From positions 2,790,001 to 2,822,000 of the forward strand of contig NZ_CP011041.1 in NCBI RefSeq assembly GCF_002310835.1: 32,000 nt of DNA, given 5' to 3'. A model generated the notes under the pieces. The model saw nothing but the letters and a program-made list of their open reading frames with translations. It had not been told where the DNA came from and made no database searches. A program made the position numbers and the translations under genes. This DNA comes from Pseudoalteromonas tetraodonis. Lineage in GTDB: Bacteria; Pseudomonadota; Gammaproteobacteria; Enterobacterales; Alteromonadaceae. This document shows positions 8,851 to 17,742 of this stretch, piece by piece (the first letter of the stretch is position 1; each line of letters starts with the position of its first letter).

Positions 8851-10324
8851 TGTTATGTCCTTGATAAATTTTAATAATTTGTTCAATATTTAAATGCGCT
8901 TTACACATATCAGCTAAGCGTTCTAACTGGCGTTCACGATGCTCATTTATACTAATCGCACTAATTGCACTTTCTGGTTTCACCCACTTTAACAGCTGTT
9001 CTGTGGCTGCAGGGCTATCAAACAAGCCATGTAAATAGGTACCAGCAATGGCATTATCGTCACTCACAAAACCATCGGTTTTAAAGTCATTGGGGTGTTT
9101 ATTAAAGCGAATGAGTGGCTTGTAGAGCGCCTTTCCTTGACTAATACCTGCATGTATTTCGTAGCCATCACATGCAACCTGTTGCTTATTTAAATTAAGC
9201 ACTGCGCTCACTCGGCTTAACACTTTTTGCTCACCCAATAGCGTATCAAAATCGCTAAGCGCTAAGCCCGTCACTTGCCCCAACGATGACTCCACCCCAT
9301 TCGGATCACTGATAGTGTTACCCAGCATTTGCATACCACCGCAAATACCCAATACTTTGCCACCATAACGAAGATGGCACTTAATTTGCTGATCCCAGCC
9401 TTCATTTTTTAAAAACGCGAGATCGCTGAGTACATTTTTACTGCCAGGTACAATAATTAAATCAACAGCAGGAATTGCTTGTGTATGGCGCACGTAGGTT
9501 ATATTTATATTCGGGTGTAATCGCAGAGCATCAAAATCGGTATGGTTACTAATATGTGGCAATAACAGTACAGCAATATTTATACTGGCATCGGTCACAT
9601 TATTATCTATGGCCACAGCATCTTCTGCATCAAGTGCTAAATCGTGCAAGTAAGGTAATACCCCTAATACAGGTTTACCGGTGTACTCCTCAAGCCAATC
9701 TAGCCCACCTTGTAATAAACTAATATCACCACGAAAACGGTTAATCACAAAGCCTTTTACTCGTGCTTGCTCAGACTCGCTTAATAACGCCAAAGTCCCG
9801 ACTAAGTGCGCAAATACTCCTCCTTTATCAATATCGGCAATAATAATAACAGGGCAATCCACTTGCTCGGCGTAACCCATATTTGCAATATCGTTTGCGC
9901 GTAAATTAATTTCGGCTGGGCTGCCAGCCCCTTCTACCAGTAATAAATCAAAGCGTTTAGCTAAACGCTTATGCGAGGTTAATACTGCATCCATAGCCAC
10001 TTTTTTGTAGTCATGGTAAGCATCGGCTTCCATATTGCTGATAGCTCTACCATGAATAATAACTTGTGCGCCGGTATCACTATTGGGTTTGAGTAATATA
10101 GGGTTAAAGTCGATTTCAGGTTCAACTTTTGCGGCTATGGCTTGTAATGCTTGGGCTCTGCCAATTTCGCCACCATCGTGCGTTACGGCACTATTGAGCG
10201 CCATATTTTGTGGTTTAAACGGTGCAACATTAACCCCTTGGTTAGCAAACACTCTGCAAAGTGCTGCAACTAAGGTGCTTTTACCCGCATCGGAGGTGGT
10301 ACCTTGTACCATTAATGTTTTCAT
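8843..10324 (-). CDS. cobQ: Cobyric acid synthase CobQ
   Basis: N-terminal [12 protein letters not shown] and a C-terminal GATase domain ([20 protein letters not shown]). 493 aa. Its ATG overlaps the permease TAA stop (TAATG). Confidence 0.9.
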   Translation of the reverse strand: MKTLMVQGTTSDAGKSTLVAALCRVFANQGVNVAPFKPQNMALNSAVTHDGGEIGRAQALQAIAAKVEPEIDFNPILLKPNSDTGAQVIIHGRAISNMEADAYHDYKKVAMDAVLTSHKRLAKRFDLLLVEGAGSPAEINLRANDIANMGYAEQVDCPVIIIADIDKGGVFAHLVGTLALLSESEQARVKGFVINRFRGDISLLQGGLDWLEEYTGKPVLGVLPYLHDLALDAEDAVAIDNNVTDASINIAVLLLPHISNHTDFDALRLHPNINITYVRHTQAIPAVDLIIVPGSKNVLSDLAFLKNEGWDQQIKCHLRYGGKVLGICGGMQMLGNTISDPNGVESSLGQVTGLALSDFDTLLGEQKVLSRVSAVLNLNKQQVACDGYEIHAGISQGKALYKPLIRFNKHPNDFKTDGFVSDDNAIAGTYLHGLFDSPAATEQLLKWVKPESAISAISINEHRERQLERLADMCKAHLNIEQIIKIYQGHNND

Positions 10325-11334
10325 TATTTACCCACCAGCTGGCGCTTACGAAAATACAAGATACTTAAAAAGAATAGACTACCAATGGCCGCCGTGATCA
10401 CCCCTATTGGCAGCTCTTGGTTAGCGAGTAATGAACGTGCCAGTACATCGACCCACACCATAAATATGCCCCCGACTAATCCGGTCATTAACAATCCAAC
10501 ACTACTGCCTTGAGAGATAAAAAAGCGCACTATGTGCGGCACCATTAAGCCAACAAAGCCAATTCCACCACACATAGCAACCAACACGGCTGTGATCAAT
10601 GAGCTTAAAATAAGCATTAAAATTCGAAAGCGATGCACCCGAACACCAAGCGTTGTTGCGCTTTCATCACCTAACAACATGGCATTAAGTTGGCGTCTAA
10701 AACCTAACATAATGACTGTACATGTAATGATGACCAAGGCAGGTAATAACAGTGACGGCCATTGCGCCCTAGCAAAACTTCCCAAAGTCCAAAATAAAAT
10801 AGCCGCGACGGCCTGCGGATCGCTCCAATAAAGTAACAAACTGGTAAAGGCGCTAAATAAAAATGATAAGGCCACCCCAGCCAATAACATCGACTCAACT
10901 TGGGCGTTGCGTTGACTGCCAGCAATTAAAATTAATAACCCCATTGCTACTAAACTGCCAATTAAGGCTGCTGCTGATAGCGCAATACCTGCGCCTATTC
11001 CAACAAAAGCCATTAATACTACGACTCCTAATGATGCTCCCGACGAAATACCAAACAAATAAGGGTCAGCCAATGGATTACGAGTAACTGTTTGTAATAT
11101 CAATCCAGCAATCGCTAAACCGCTGCCGGCCAAAAAAGCCAGTAACGTACGTGGCATTCTTAATTCAATAATAATGCGGCTGGTAAATGAGGCCTCGCTT
11201 GAAAAAGTTAAGCTATGGTATACATCTGCGAGCGAGGTAGGGGCAGCACCAAAGCTCAATGCCACAAATAAACTAAATACAGCGCATAACAGTGCAATAA
11301 TTAACGCCACACCATGGTTAGACATAATCGCCAT
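10324..11334 (-). CDS. btuC: FecCD-family ABC permease (BtuC-like corrinoid importer)
   Basis: Multi-TM protein with FecCD signatures ([43 protein letters not shown]). The start is ambiguous: ATG 11334 lies 1 nt after the btuD stop, and ATG 11349 is also possible. The ORF-track start at 11439 is inside btuD and was rejected. Confidence 0.8.
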   Translation of the reverse strand: MAIMSNHGVALIIALLCAVFSLFVALSFGAAPTSLADVYHSLTFSSEASFTSRIIIELRMPRTLLAFLAGSGLAIAGLILQTVTRNPLADPYLFGISSGASLGVVVLMAFVGIGAGIALSAAALIGSLVAMGLLILIAGSQRNAQVESMLLAGVALSFLFSAFTSLLLYWSDPQAVAAILFWTLGSFARAQWPSLLLPALVIITCTVIMLGFRRQLNAMLLGDESATTLGVRVHRFRILMLILSSLITAVLVAMCGGIGFVGLMVPHIVRFFISQGSSVGLLMTGLVGGIFMVWVDVLARSLLANQELPIGVITAAIGSLFFLSILYFRKRQLVGK

Positions 11335-11335
11335 G

Positions 11336-12148
11336 TTATTGGTATCCATAATAATAGGTAATATGGGGAATAGACTCGCCATTGGACGCCGTTTGAGGGT
11401 GAGTATTAACTTGCGCGCAAACACCAAAAACCTCATCAAGCATTTGCTCGGTGATCACCTTATTAGGCTTTCCCGCGCTAGCGATTTCTCCGTTTTTAAT
11501 AACCACTAACTCATCGCACATGGCTGCCGCTAAATTTAAATCATGAAATGAAGCAAACACAGTAATGCCCAAAGATTTAGCCAGCTCCATTAATTGAATT
11601 TGATATTTAACATCAAGGTGGCTTGTGGGTTCATCCATAATGAGTAGCTGTGGTTGCTGCACAATCGCTCTGGCAATAAGCGCTCGTTGCTTTTCACCGC
11701 CAGATAGTGAGTCAAATGACTGATTGCTATGAGATTCAAGCCCAACACGACTAATAGCCTGCGCTATTTTTTGTTTATCTGCTTGGGTGGTCGAGCTAAA
11801 TAGCGTTTTATGCGGGGTAAGCCCTAGAGCTACAACATCGAATAACGAGAGATTAAATTGCGACGGTGTTTCTTGTAGCACTACCGCAACTTGCTTGGCA
11901 TAGTCTTCGCTTTTTAGCTGCCAAATATCGGTATCGTTAAATTTAATGTCGCCTGCTGATGGCTGATTAAATCGATATAAGCACCGCAGTAAACTCGACT
12001 TTCCTGCCCCATTAGGGCCAATTAAACCAATAAATTTACCACGCTCAATGCTCACATTAATGTGCTTAAGAATTAATGTATTGTCCACTCGCCAAGAAAC
12101 GTTGTTAACGGTTAAAAGCGGTAAGTTTAAAGAGGTGTGAGTGTGCAA
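11336..12148 (-). CDS. btuD: ABC transporter ATP-binding protein (BtuD/FecE-like)
   Basis: Walker A GPNGAGKSS, signature LSGGEKQR, Walker B LLIMDEPTSHLD. TTG start with an AGGA Shine-Dalgarno 7 nt upstream. Confidence 0.85.
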   Translation of the reverse strand: MHTHTSLNLPLLTVNNVSWRVDNTLILKHINVSIERGKFIGLIGPNGAGKSSLLRCLYRFNQPSAGDIKFNDTDIWQLKSEDYAKQVAVVLQETPSQFNLSLFDVVALGLTPHKTLFSSTTQADKQKIAQAISRVGLESHSNQSFDSLSGGEKQRALIARAIVQQPQLLIMDEPTSHLDVKYQIQLMELAKSLGITVFASFHDLNLAAAMCDELVVIKNGEIASAGKPNKVITEQMLDEVFGVCAQVNTHPQTASNGESIPHITYYYGYQ

Positions 12149-12335
12149 AAAATTATCCTAGGCAGGGAAACACCCACACTCAGTACTAATACGTACCAAA
12201 AAGAAAATGAGTTAACCCGCTCGTTATATGAAGTTTTAAGGCATTTGTATCTGACTTACAGTAAAACTGATCACAGTTACGGGAATAGTTGAGGAGTTCC
12301 ACCTCATTCCAAATGCTTGGCTATTATGCGCAGAT
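12149..12335 (-). promoter_or_regulatory. Cobalamin (B12) riboswitch leader of the btuD-btuC-cobQ-cobO-btuF operon
   Basis: Read on the minus strand, GGAAUGAGGUGGAACUCCUCAACUAUUCCCGUAACUGU (12310-12273) fits the conserved GGGAA..GGUG.AA..CC....CCCGC.ACUGU core. AAGUCAGAUACAAAUGCC (12257-12240) fits a degenerate B12 box. It sits directly upstream of B12 transport and salvage genes. The match was made by eye, not with a covariance model. Confidence 0.7.
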
Positions 12336-12352
12336 AAGTAAATAATTTAAAG

Positions 12353-12384
12353 CAAAAAAAAACCGCACTCAACTGAGTGCGGTT
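12353..12384 (-). terminator. Rho-independent terminator of the porin gene
   Basis: Minus strand: AACCGCACTC-agtt-GAGTGCGGTT followed by T9. Confidence 0.85.
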
Positions 12385-12412
12385 AAAAGGGAGTGTTTTA
12401 ACTAAGGTTTAG

Positions 12413-13342
12413 TTAAAACTTATATTCCATACCTAAACCTAGGTAATCTTGGTCAACATTGTTGTCCATATCAAAGCTTGAGTAAAAGCCAAATACTTTA
12501 AGGTTTTTGTTTAGCTTATGGTCAACACCTACCGATACCGCGCTTTTATCATCGCTGTCATCAAAATCCATTGTTTGGTATTGCACTTTGAAAGTGTTGC
12601 TACCCATAAGGTAAGCTGCATTCACTAAGTAACCGTCAGCCTCAGCGCTGCCATCTACTTTTTCTTGTGTTTGGTACATTGCGCCAAGTCTAAAATCTTC
12701 AATTTTACCTTGAACTGTTGCACGCACTACATCGTAACCATTTACTTCGCTATCAGCAGCAATGGCAGCATATACTGCGCTCTTTTTAAGGCCTGCATCA
12801 CCGTAAGTTAACGCCACTGAGTAGCCATTTTTGGCATCTACGTCGTCTTCTGCAATAAATGACGCTAATACTTTAAAACCTTCATATGAGTTTGAAGCAT
12901 AAGATACTGAGTTACCTAAACGATTTTCACCTTTAAAGGTATTTTTTATATCACCTTCAAGATCGTTGAAAAGATCTAGTTTCCCCTGCGCTTGCTTAAG
13001 CGCGGTGTCGTTGCGGCCTATTACAACCTGACCAAATCCGCCTTTAAAGCCCACATATTGATTACGCGCTGAAATATTGTCGTCATCACCTTTAGAATCG
13101 GCATCAGACACATCAACCTGAAATTCAAACTTATAAACCGCTTCTAAACCGTCTGAAATTTTTTCAGACCCTTTAAGTCCGAAACGAGATGCATTACTTT
13201 TAATTTCAGTAAACGATCCTTCACCATCGTCAGATGATTGAACGGTTACATTTGCTTTACCGTAAATATCTGCCTCTGCAAGTGCATTAAAAGATAAACC
13301 GCTAAGTAGGGCTAAGCATAAGCTCGATTTTGCAAATTTCAT
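12413..13342 (-). CDS. Gram-negative general porin (OmpC/Porin_4-like beta-barrel)
   Basis: Signal peptide MKFAKSSLCLALLSGLSFNALA, alternating beta-strand pattern, C-terminal ...GMEYKF. Strong GAGGAA Shine-Dalgarno. Confidence 0.8.
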   Translation of the reverse strand: MKFAKSSLCLALLSGLSFNALAEADIYGKANVTVQSSDDGEGSFTEIKSNASRFGLKGSEKISDGLEAVYKFEFQVDVSDADSKGDDDNISARNQYVGFKGGFGQVVIGRNDTALKQAQGKLDLFNDLEGDIKNTFKGENRLGNSVSYASNSYEGFKVLASFIAEDDVDAKNGYSVALTYGDAGLKKSAVYAAIAADSEVNGYDVVRATVQGKIEDFRLGAMYQTQEKVDGSAEADGYLVNAAYLMGSNTFKVQYQTMDFDDSDDKSAVSVGVDHKLNKNLKVFGFYSSFDMDNNVDQDYLGLGMEYKF

Positions 13343-13505
13343 GTTATTTCCTCGATAATCACAATAGACTAATTTTTAAAACAGCAGCAGTGTGTCACCA
13401 CTAAATGACAAAAATATTACAAAGGACACATTTTTGTCTTTTTAAGTTAATAAAACTGCATTAAATCTGAAATCAAAATAACATGTAAAATAAACTGCCT
13501 ACCGA

Positions 13506-14375
13506 CTACTTACTTTGTTTCAATAAACTCGGTGTCATTTGCGACAACAAATTAACCAAGGTTTCTATCAACTCTTTCTGTTCGTTATCTCTATGATAGG
13601 CAACAAATACATCTCTTGAGGTATTTTCTACCCCTTTTACATGAAAAAGTTCGCCTTTTTCTAAATGATCTTTAACTAATACCTGTGGAATAAACGCACT
13701 ACCGCCACATTGCAGTATTAAATCAAGCGCTATACGCCCTGTACTGGTTCTAAAATAAGGCGGTGTTTTACCGGTAAACTGACGCGCATGCCAAAGAGAA
13801 AACGTGGTTCCCCAATCAACATACACATATTGATTATCAAAAAAGTTATCACTGGTTGCCGTATCGTAACCACTCACCGGAATAATAGGCAGTTCACAAA
13901 TACGTTCAACCACAAGTTCATCAACTTTAGGAGGATCAAATAAAATAGCTAAATCAAGCGTACGCTCCAACAATAAGCGAGTGCTTTCTTGTTGCGCTTT
14001 CACTTCTGCCACCAGCGATACACCAGGCATCGCCGATACAATATTTGTAATACCAAACTGTAAAAATGCATCCCAAATATTAGGCGTACCTGCTAAGCTA
14101 ATTTGCTTATGCATATTATCTGCAAGTGCAACATCCACTTTGGCTCTTTGCATCCCAGTAATAATCATTTGCGCATGCGGTAACAAACGCTCACCCGGTG
14201 CAGTGAGTTGAATATTATTACGCTGACGAATAAATAAATTTACGCCTAAGCCCTGCTCTAATTGGCGAATTCTAAAACTCACCGCAGACTGCGTTATATA
14301 TAGGTTTTCTGCTGCTTTACCAAAATGGCGAGTTCGCACCACTTCAACAAATGTTTTTAATAAATCTATGTCCAA
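13506..14375 (-). CDS. hdfR: LysR-family transcriptional regulator HdfR
   Basis: The N-terminus (TTG)DIDLLKTFVEVVRTRHFGKAAENLYITQSAVSFRIRQLEQGLGVNLFIRQRNNIQLT is nearly identical in pattern to E. coli HdfR. It is divergent from maoP (yifE), as in E. coli. Confidence 0.85.
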   Translation of the reverse strand: MDIDLLKTFVEVVRTRHFGKAAENLYITQSAVSFRIRQLEQGLGVNLFIRQRNNIQLTAPGERLLPHAQMIITGMQRAKVDVALADNMHKQISLAGTPNIWDAFLQFGITNIVSAMPGVSLVAEVKAQQESTRLLLERTLDLAILFDPPKVDELVVERICELPIIPVSGYDTATSDNFFDNQYVYVDWGTTFSLWHARQFTGKTPPYFRTSTGRIALDLILQCGGSAFIPQVLVKDHLEKGELFHVKGVENTSRDVFVAYHRDNEQKELIETLVNLLSQMTPSLLKQSK

Positions 14376-14464
14376 TTTTTTATCCTCACGATAAAAATTT
14401 TTTGTTTAAAAAAATAGCGATTATGTCCCATACTCCAGCTAATAATTGGTATGAGGGTACAGCT

Positions 14465-14839
14465 ATGAGCAATGATATTTCACTACTTCGTCAAGCATTC
14501 GTAAGTCAACGTCAATTTTATGATGACCAAAACTTTCCACGCGGATTTAGCCGCAGCGGACACTTTACCCTGTTAGAGGCAAGTATTTTAGAACAGCACG
14601 GTGTTGTTTTAAAAAGCCTGTATAACAAAACAGTTGAGCCACAAAACGAACATCAGCAACAGTTTGTAAATGCTGTCAGTGGCATAATAGAGCCAAGTAA
14701 CCCAATTGAGCGAGCATGGGTTAAATATTTAAAGCTAACAACCTGCAAAACAAAATTCCATACATTATTTGGACGCTCAAAAATTTCAGGGCCAACACCA
14801 ATAAGCCAAGATTATTATTCTGAGGCAGACAATATATAA
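14465..14839 (+). CDS. maoP: Macrodomain Ori protein MaoP (YifE, DUF413)
   Basis: FYDDQNFPRGFSRSGHFTLLEASILEQHG and ERAWVKY...KFHTL match E. coli YifE. I chose the start at ATG 14465, behind a GAGGG Shine-Dalgarno. The ORF-track start at 14351 overlaps the hdfR start and was rejected. Confidence 0.8.
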   Translation: MSNDISLLRQAFVSQRQFYDDQNFPRGFSRSGHFTLLEASILEQHGVVLKSLYNKTVEPQNEHQQQFVNAVSGIIEPSNPIERAWVKYLKLTTCKTKFHTLFGRSKISGPTPISQDYYSEADNI

Positions 14840-14925
14840 GTCACTACAATAGTTGCTTTTTGGCGTTTTAGCAGTTACAACTTGTATAAGCAAACACTTT
14901 TGCAAAATTTAAACAAGGCTGTTAC

Positions 14926-16158
14926 TTGACGCACAGAATACTTATTGTTGAAGACACTCCTACTATTGCGCGAGTGCAAAAGCATATCGCGCAAAAAGTC
15001 GGCTACGAGGTTGATATTGCTCAATCCTTGGCTGAGACTAAAGAGCTTATAAGTAAGCACTATTACTTTTGCGCAGTGGTCGACTTTATATTACCTGACG
15101 CGCCACAAGGTGAAGCGGTTCCATGCACCATTGCAGCAGATATTCCTACCATAGTGATGACAGGCAATATCGATAAGCATACCCGTGATACAGTTGAAAA
15201 ATACCCCATAATTGATTACATCATCAAAAGCAATAAACAAGCCTACGAGTATTTAGAGAAGCAGCTTTACCGCCTACCTCGCAATAAGCATGTAAAAGTA
15301 TTGGTTGTTGATGACTCTGCGTCAACACGCCAATACATATGTAGTTTATTAACACGTCACAAATATCAAATATTACAAGCAGCCGATGGCCTAGAGGCGC
15401 TTAAAGAGCTTGAAAGCACCCCCGATATTTCTGTGATTATTACCGACAAAGAAATGCCTAATATGGGCGGTATTGAGCTGTGTAACGAAATTAGACGCAT
15501 TTATAGTAATAACGAAAAAGCCATTATTGGTATTTCAGGCGCTACTTCGTCTAATTTATCTGCCTTATTTTTAAAAAATGGAGCAAATGACTATTTATAC
15601 AAACCATTTAACAGTGAAGAATTTTACTGCCGGCTAAGCCAAAACGTCGATATGCTAGAGCATATCGAAACTATAAAACGACAAGCCAATACAGATTACT
15701 TAACTAAACTCCCTAATCGTCGTTACTTTTTTGAAGAGGCTAACAAGTCATTAAAGCAGTTTAAAAAAGCAAAAGCACCAGCCATGTTAGCTATGCTTGA
15801 TATTGACCATTTTAAAGCTATTAATGATACCTATGGCCATGATGCCGGAGATGAAGTGCTTAAAGGGCTGGCTGTATGCTTTAATAAATATTTTGAAAAC
15901 CAATTGGTTGCCCGTTTAGGCGGAGAAGAATTTGCGGTATTTTTTACTGAACTGACCGAACAAGAAGCGCTAAAACGACTAGAAAGCTTTCGATTATTTA
16001 TTGAGCTTAATAGCCATGAGTTTAGCCAAGCACAAATCAAGTTTACGCTGTCGATAGGCTTCAGCCACAGTGAAACCTATCAAATTGACGAACTATTAAA
16101 ACAAGCCGACTTAAAGCTCTACAAAGCTAAAGAGTCGGGTCGTAATAAAGTGGTTTAG
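14926..16158 (+). CDS. Response regulator diguanylate cyclase (REC-REC-GGDEF, PleD-like architecture)
   Basis: There are two receiver domains. The first shows ILIVEDT..AVVDFILPD..IVMTG..IIKS, and the second shows VLVVDDS..VIITDKEMPNMGG..GISG..YLYKPF. The GGDEF domain carries RLGGEEFAVFF. TTG start with an AAGG Shine-Dalgarno. Confidence 0.85.
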   Translation: MTHRILIVEDTPTIARVQKHIAQKVGYEVDIAQSLAETKELISKHYYFCAVVDFILPDAPQGEAVPCTIAADIPTIVMTGNIDKHTRDTVEKYPIIDYIIKSNKQAYEYLEKQLYRLPRNKHVKVLVVDDSASTRQYICSLLTRHKYQILQAADGLEALKELESTPDISVIITDKEMPNMGGIELCNEIRRIYSNNEKAIIGISGATSSNLSALFLKNGANDYLYKPFNSEEFYCRLSQNVDMLEHIETIKRQANTDYLTKLPNRRYFFEEANKSLKQFKKAKAPAMLAMLDIDHFKAINDTYGHDAGDEVLKGLAVCFNKYFENQLVARLGGEEFAVFFTELTEQEALKRLESFRLFIELNSHEFSQAQIKFTLSIGFSHSETYQIDELLKQADLKLYKAKESGRNKVV

Positions 16159-16163
16159 TTTAA

Positions 16164-17084
16164 CTAAACCACACCTGAGGCGACAATGGCTGCTTTTCTG
16201 CGTTTACGCGACTGATGGTATGAATCCCAACTAAAAATAGCCAGTGCACTCCAAATACACGCAAAGGTAATTACACGCTCAGCATCAAACACTTCACCAT
16301 AAAACACCACGGCTAAAATAAACATTAAGCTAGGCCCTATGTACTGAAAAAACCCAAGCGTAGTGTATTGCAATCGCTTAGCCGCGCCGGTAAAACACAG
16401 CAATGGCAGTGTAGTCACTATACCTGCACTTACTAATAGCGCATTAGTTAGCCAATCATTCGCTGGTAAATTAGACGTTTCAGTCGGCACCATTAGCCAC
16501 CAATAGGTAAGCGCCACGGGTAACAATATTAATGCCTCAATTAAAATCCCAGGCAAGGCATCAACCTGTAGTTTTTTACGTAATAGGCCATATAACGCAA
16601 AAGAAGTCGCTAACGAAAATGCCACAACCGGAAATGAACCAAAACTAATTAACTGTAATAAAACACCTGTAAAAGCCAAGGCAACAGCAGCTCCTTGCAA
16701 CTTACGTAACCGCTCGTTTAAAAACACCATACCAAGTAATACATTTAACAAAGGATTGATATAGTAGCCTAAGCTGGCATCTAGCATGTGATTGTTATTA
16801 ATAGCCCATATAAACAACCCCCAGTTAAACCCCAATAAGGTCGAGGTAACAACTAGCATCAGAATTAATTTAGGTTGGATTAAAATGCGTTTAATTTTAT
16901 CCCAGTAGTTGAGCACACTCACCACCAAAATAAGAAACATCACTGACCAAATAACACGATGCATTAAAATTTCAAATGCTGATACATGTTGGATCATCTT
17001 AAAATAAATGGGTGCTAGGCCCCACATAAAAAAGGCGAGGCAGGCAAAAATGGCGCCCTTTCGCTGCTCGGTATCAATCGACAT
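16164..17084 (-). CDS. rarD: EamA-family transporter RarD
   Basis: About 10-TM EamA protein. HRVIWS, NWGLFIWAINNNHMLDASLGYYINPL and TLGFFQYIGPSLMF match E. coli RarD. It is next to yigI and recQ, as in E. coli. I preferred ATG 17084 over GTG 17093; the start is uncertain. Confidence 0.85.
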   Translation of the reverse strand: MSIDTEQRKGAIFACLAFFMWGLAPIYFKMIQHVSAFEILMHRVIWSVMFLILVVSVLNYWDKIKRILIQPKLILMLVVTSTLLGFNWGLFIWAINNNHMLDASLGYYINPLLNVLLGMVFLNERLRKLQGAAVALAFTGVLLQLISFGSFPVVAFSLATSFALYGLLRKKLQVDALPGILIEALILLPVALTYWWLMVPTETSNLPANDWLTNALLVSAGIVTTLPLLCFTGAAKRLQYTTLGFFQYIGPSLMFILAVVFYGEVFDAERVITFACIWSALAIFSWDSYHQSRKRRKAAIVASGVV

Positions 17085-17135
17085 AGTAACCACTTGATGA
17101 TTTAAAAGGCCGTAAGTTTAACCCCCTCTCACTTT

Positions 17136-17591
17136 TTAGCCAACTAAATACGTGCCCGTTCCAAACGCTATTTGTACCGACTGCTCGTTATGTAACTCCA
17201 TCCGGCACACGCACACTTTATTTCCTGAGCGAATAAGTGTGGCGCTGGCAATAAATACCTCCCCTTTACCTGGGCGTAAATAATCAGTACGTAAATCTAT
17301 GGTGCCCAGTGTTGCTAACTTTTTATGCACACTGGGTAAGTCGGCATCGTCTAGTTTTCCTATTACACTTGCTGCAGCAAGCATTCCGCCTACATTGTCG
17401 AGCACCGCAGAAATCACTCCACCGTGAAGAATCTTTTGCGCCGGATTACCAATTAATACGTCTTGCCAAGGAAATGATATTTTAGCTTGTTCAGTACTAA
17501 GTGACTCTACTGCTATTTTTAAAAACTGGTTAAAGGGCATGTTATTAACAAACAGCGCCCCTACTTGATCGATCAACATTTCTTTATTCAT
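17136..17591 (-). CDS. yigI: PaaI/hotdog-fold acyl-CoA thioesterase YigI
   Basis: 151 aa with the HGG..SAVLD motif of PaaI-type thioesterases. Conserved position beside rarD. Confidence 0.75.
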   Translation of the reverse strand: MNKEMLIDQVGALFVNNMPFNQFLKIAVESLSTEQAKISFPWQDVLIGNPAQKILHGGVISAVLDNVGGMLAAASVIGKLDDADLPSVHKKLATLGTIDLRTDYLRPGKGEVFIASATLIRSGNKVCVCRMELHNEQSVQIAFGTGTYLVG

Positions 17592-17742
17592 TGTTATTCT
17601 CTATGTTTACAGTGGTACGATGAGTAAAGCACAGCTTGAGGCTATTGTAACCCCCTGCAGATTTTAGTTTATCACTACAGATGTGTGTACCAAGTAATGA
17701 AAGCTAAAGACATCCTGATAAAAAACCACTAAAATAGCGCCG

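Noticed and set aside
8851-8886. Longer cobO start ([12 protein letters not shown]...)
   Set aside because: It would overlap 44 nt of cobQ coding sequence. ATG 8850 gives the ATGACTGA coupling typical of this operon.
11350-11439. Longer btuC start (MMRFLVFARK...)
   Set aside because: It lies inside the 3' end of btuD in another frame. The hydrophobic permease core begins after the Met at 11349 or 11334.
13421-13444. Hairpin AAAGGACA-cattt-TGTCTTTT, considered as the hdfR terminator
   Set aside because: On the hdfR (minus) strand it is not followed by a T-run. On the plus strand there is no upstream gene to terminate. It was left unannotated.
14351-14464. N-terminal extension of the maoP ORF (ORF-track start at 14351)
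   Set aside because: It overlaps the hdfR start codon region on the opposite strand. Homology to YifE begins near Met39, and a GAGGG Shine-Dalgarno precedes ATG 14465.
14875-15060. 61-aa minus-strand ORF overlapping the GGDEF gene start
   Set aside because: It is antisense to the first receiver domain and has no supporting signals.
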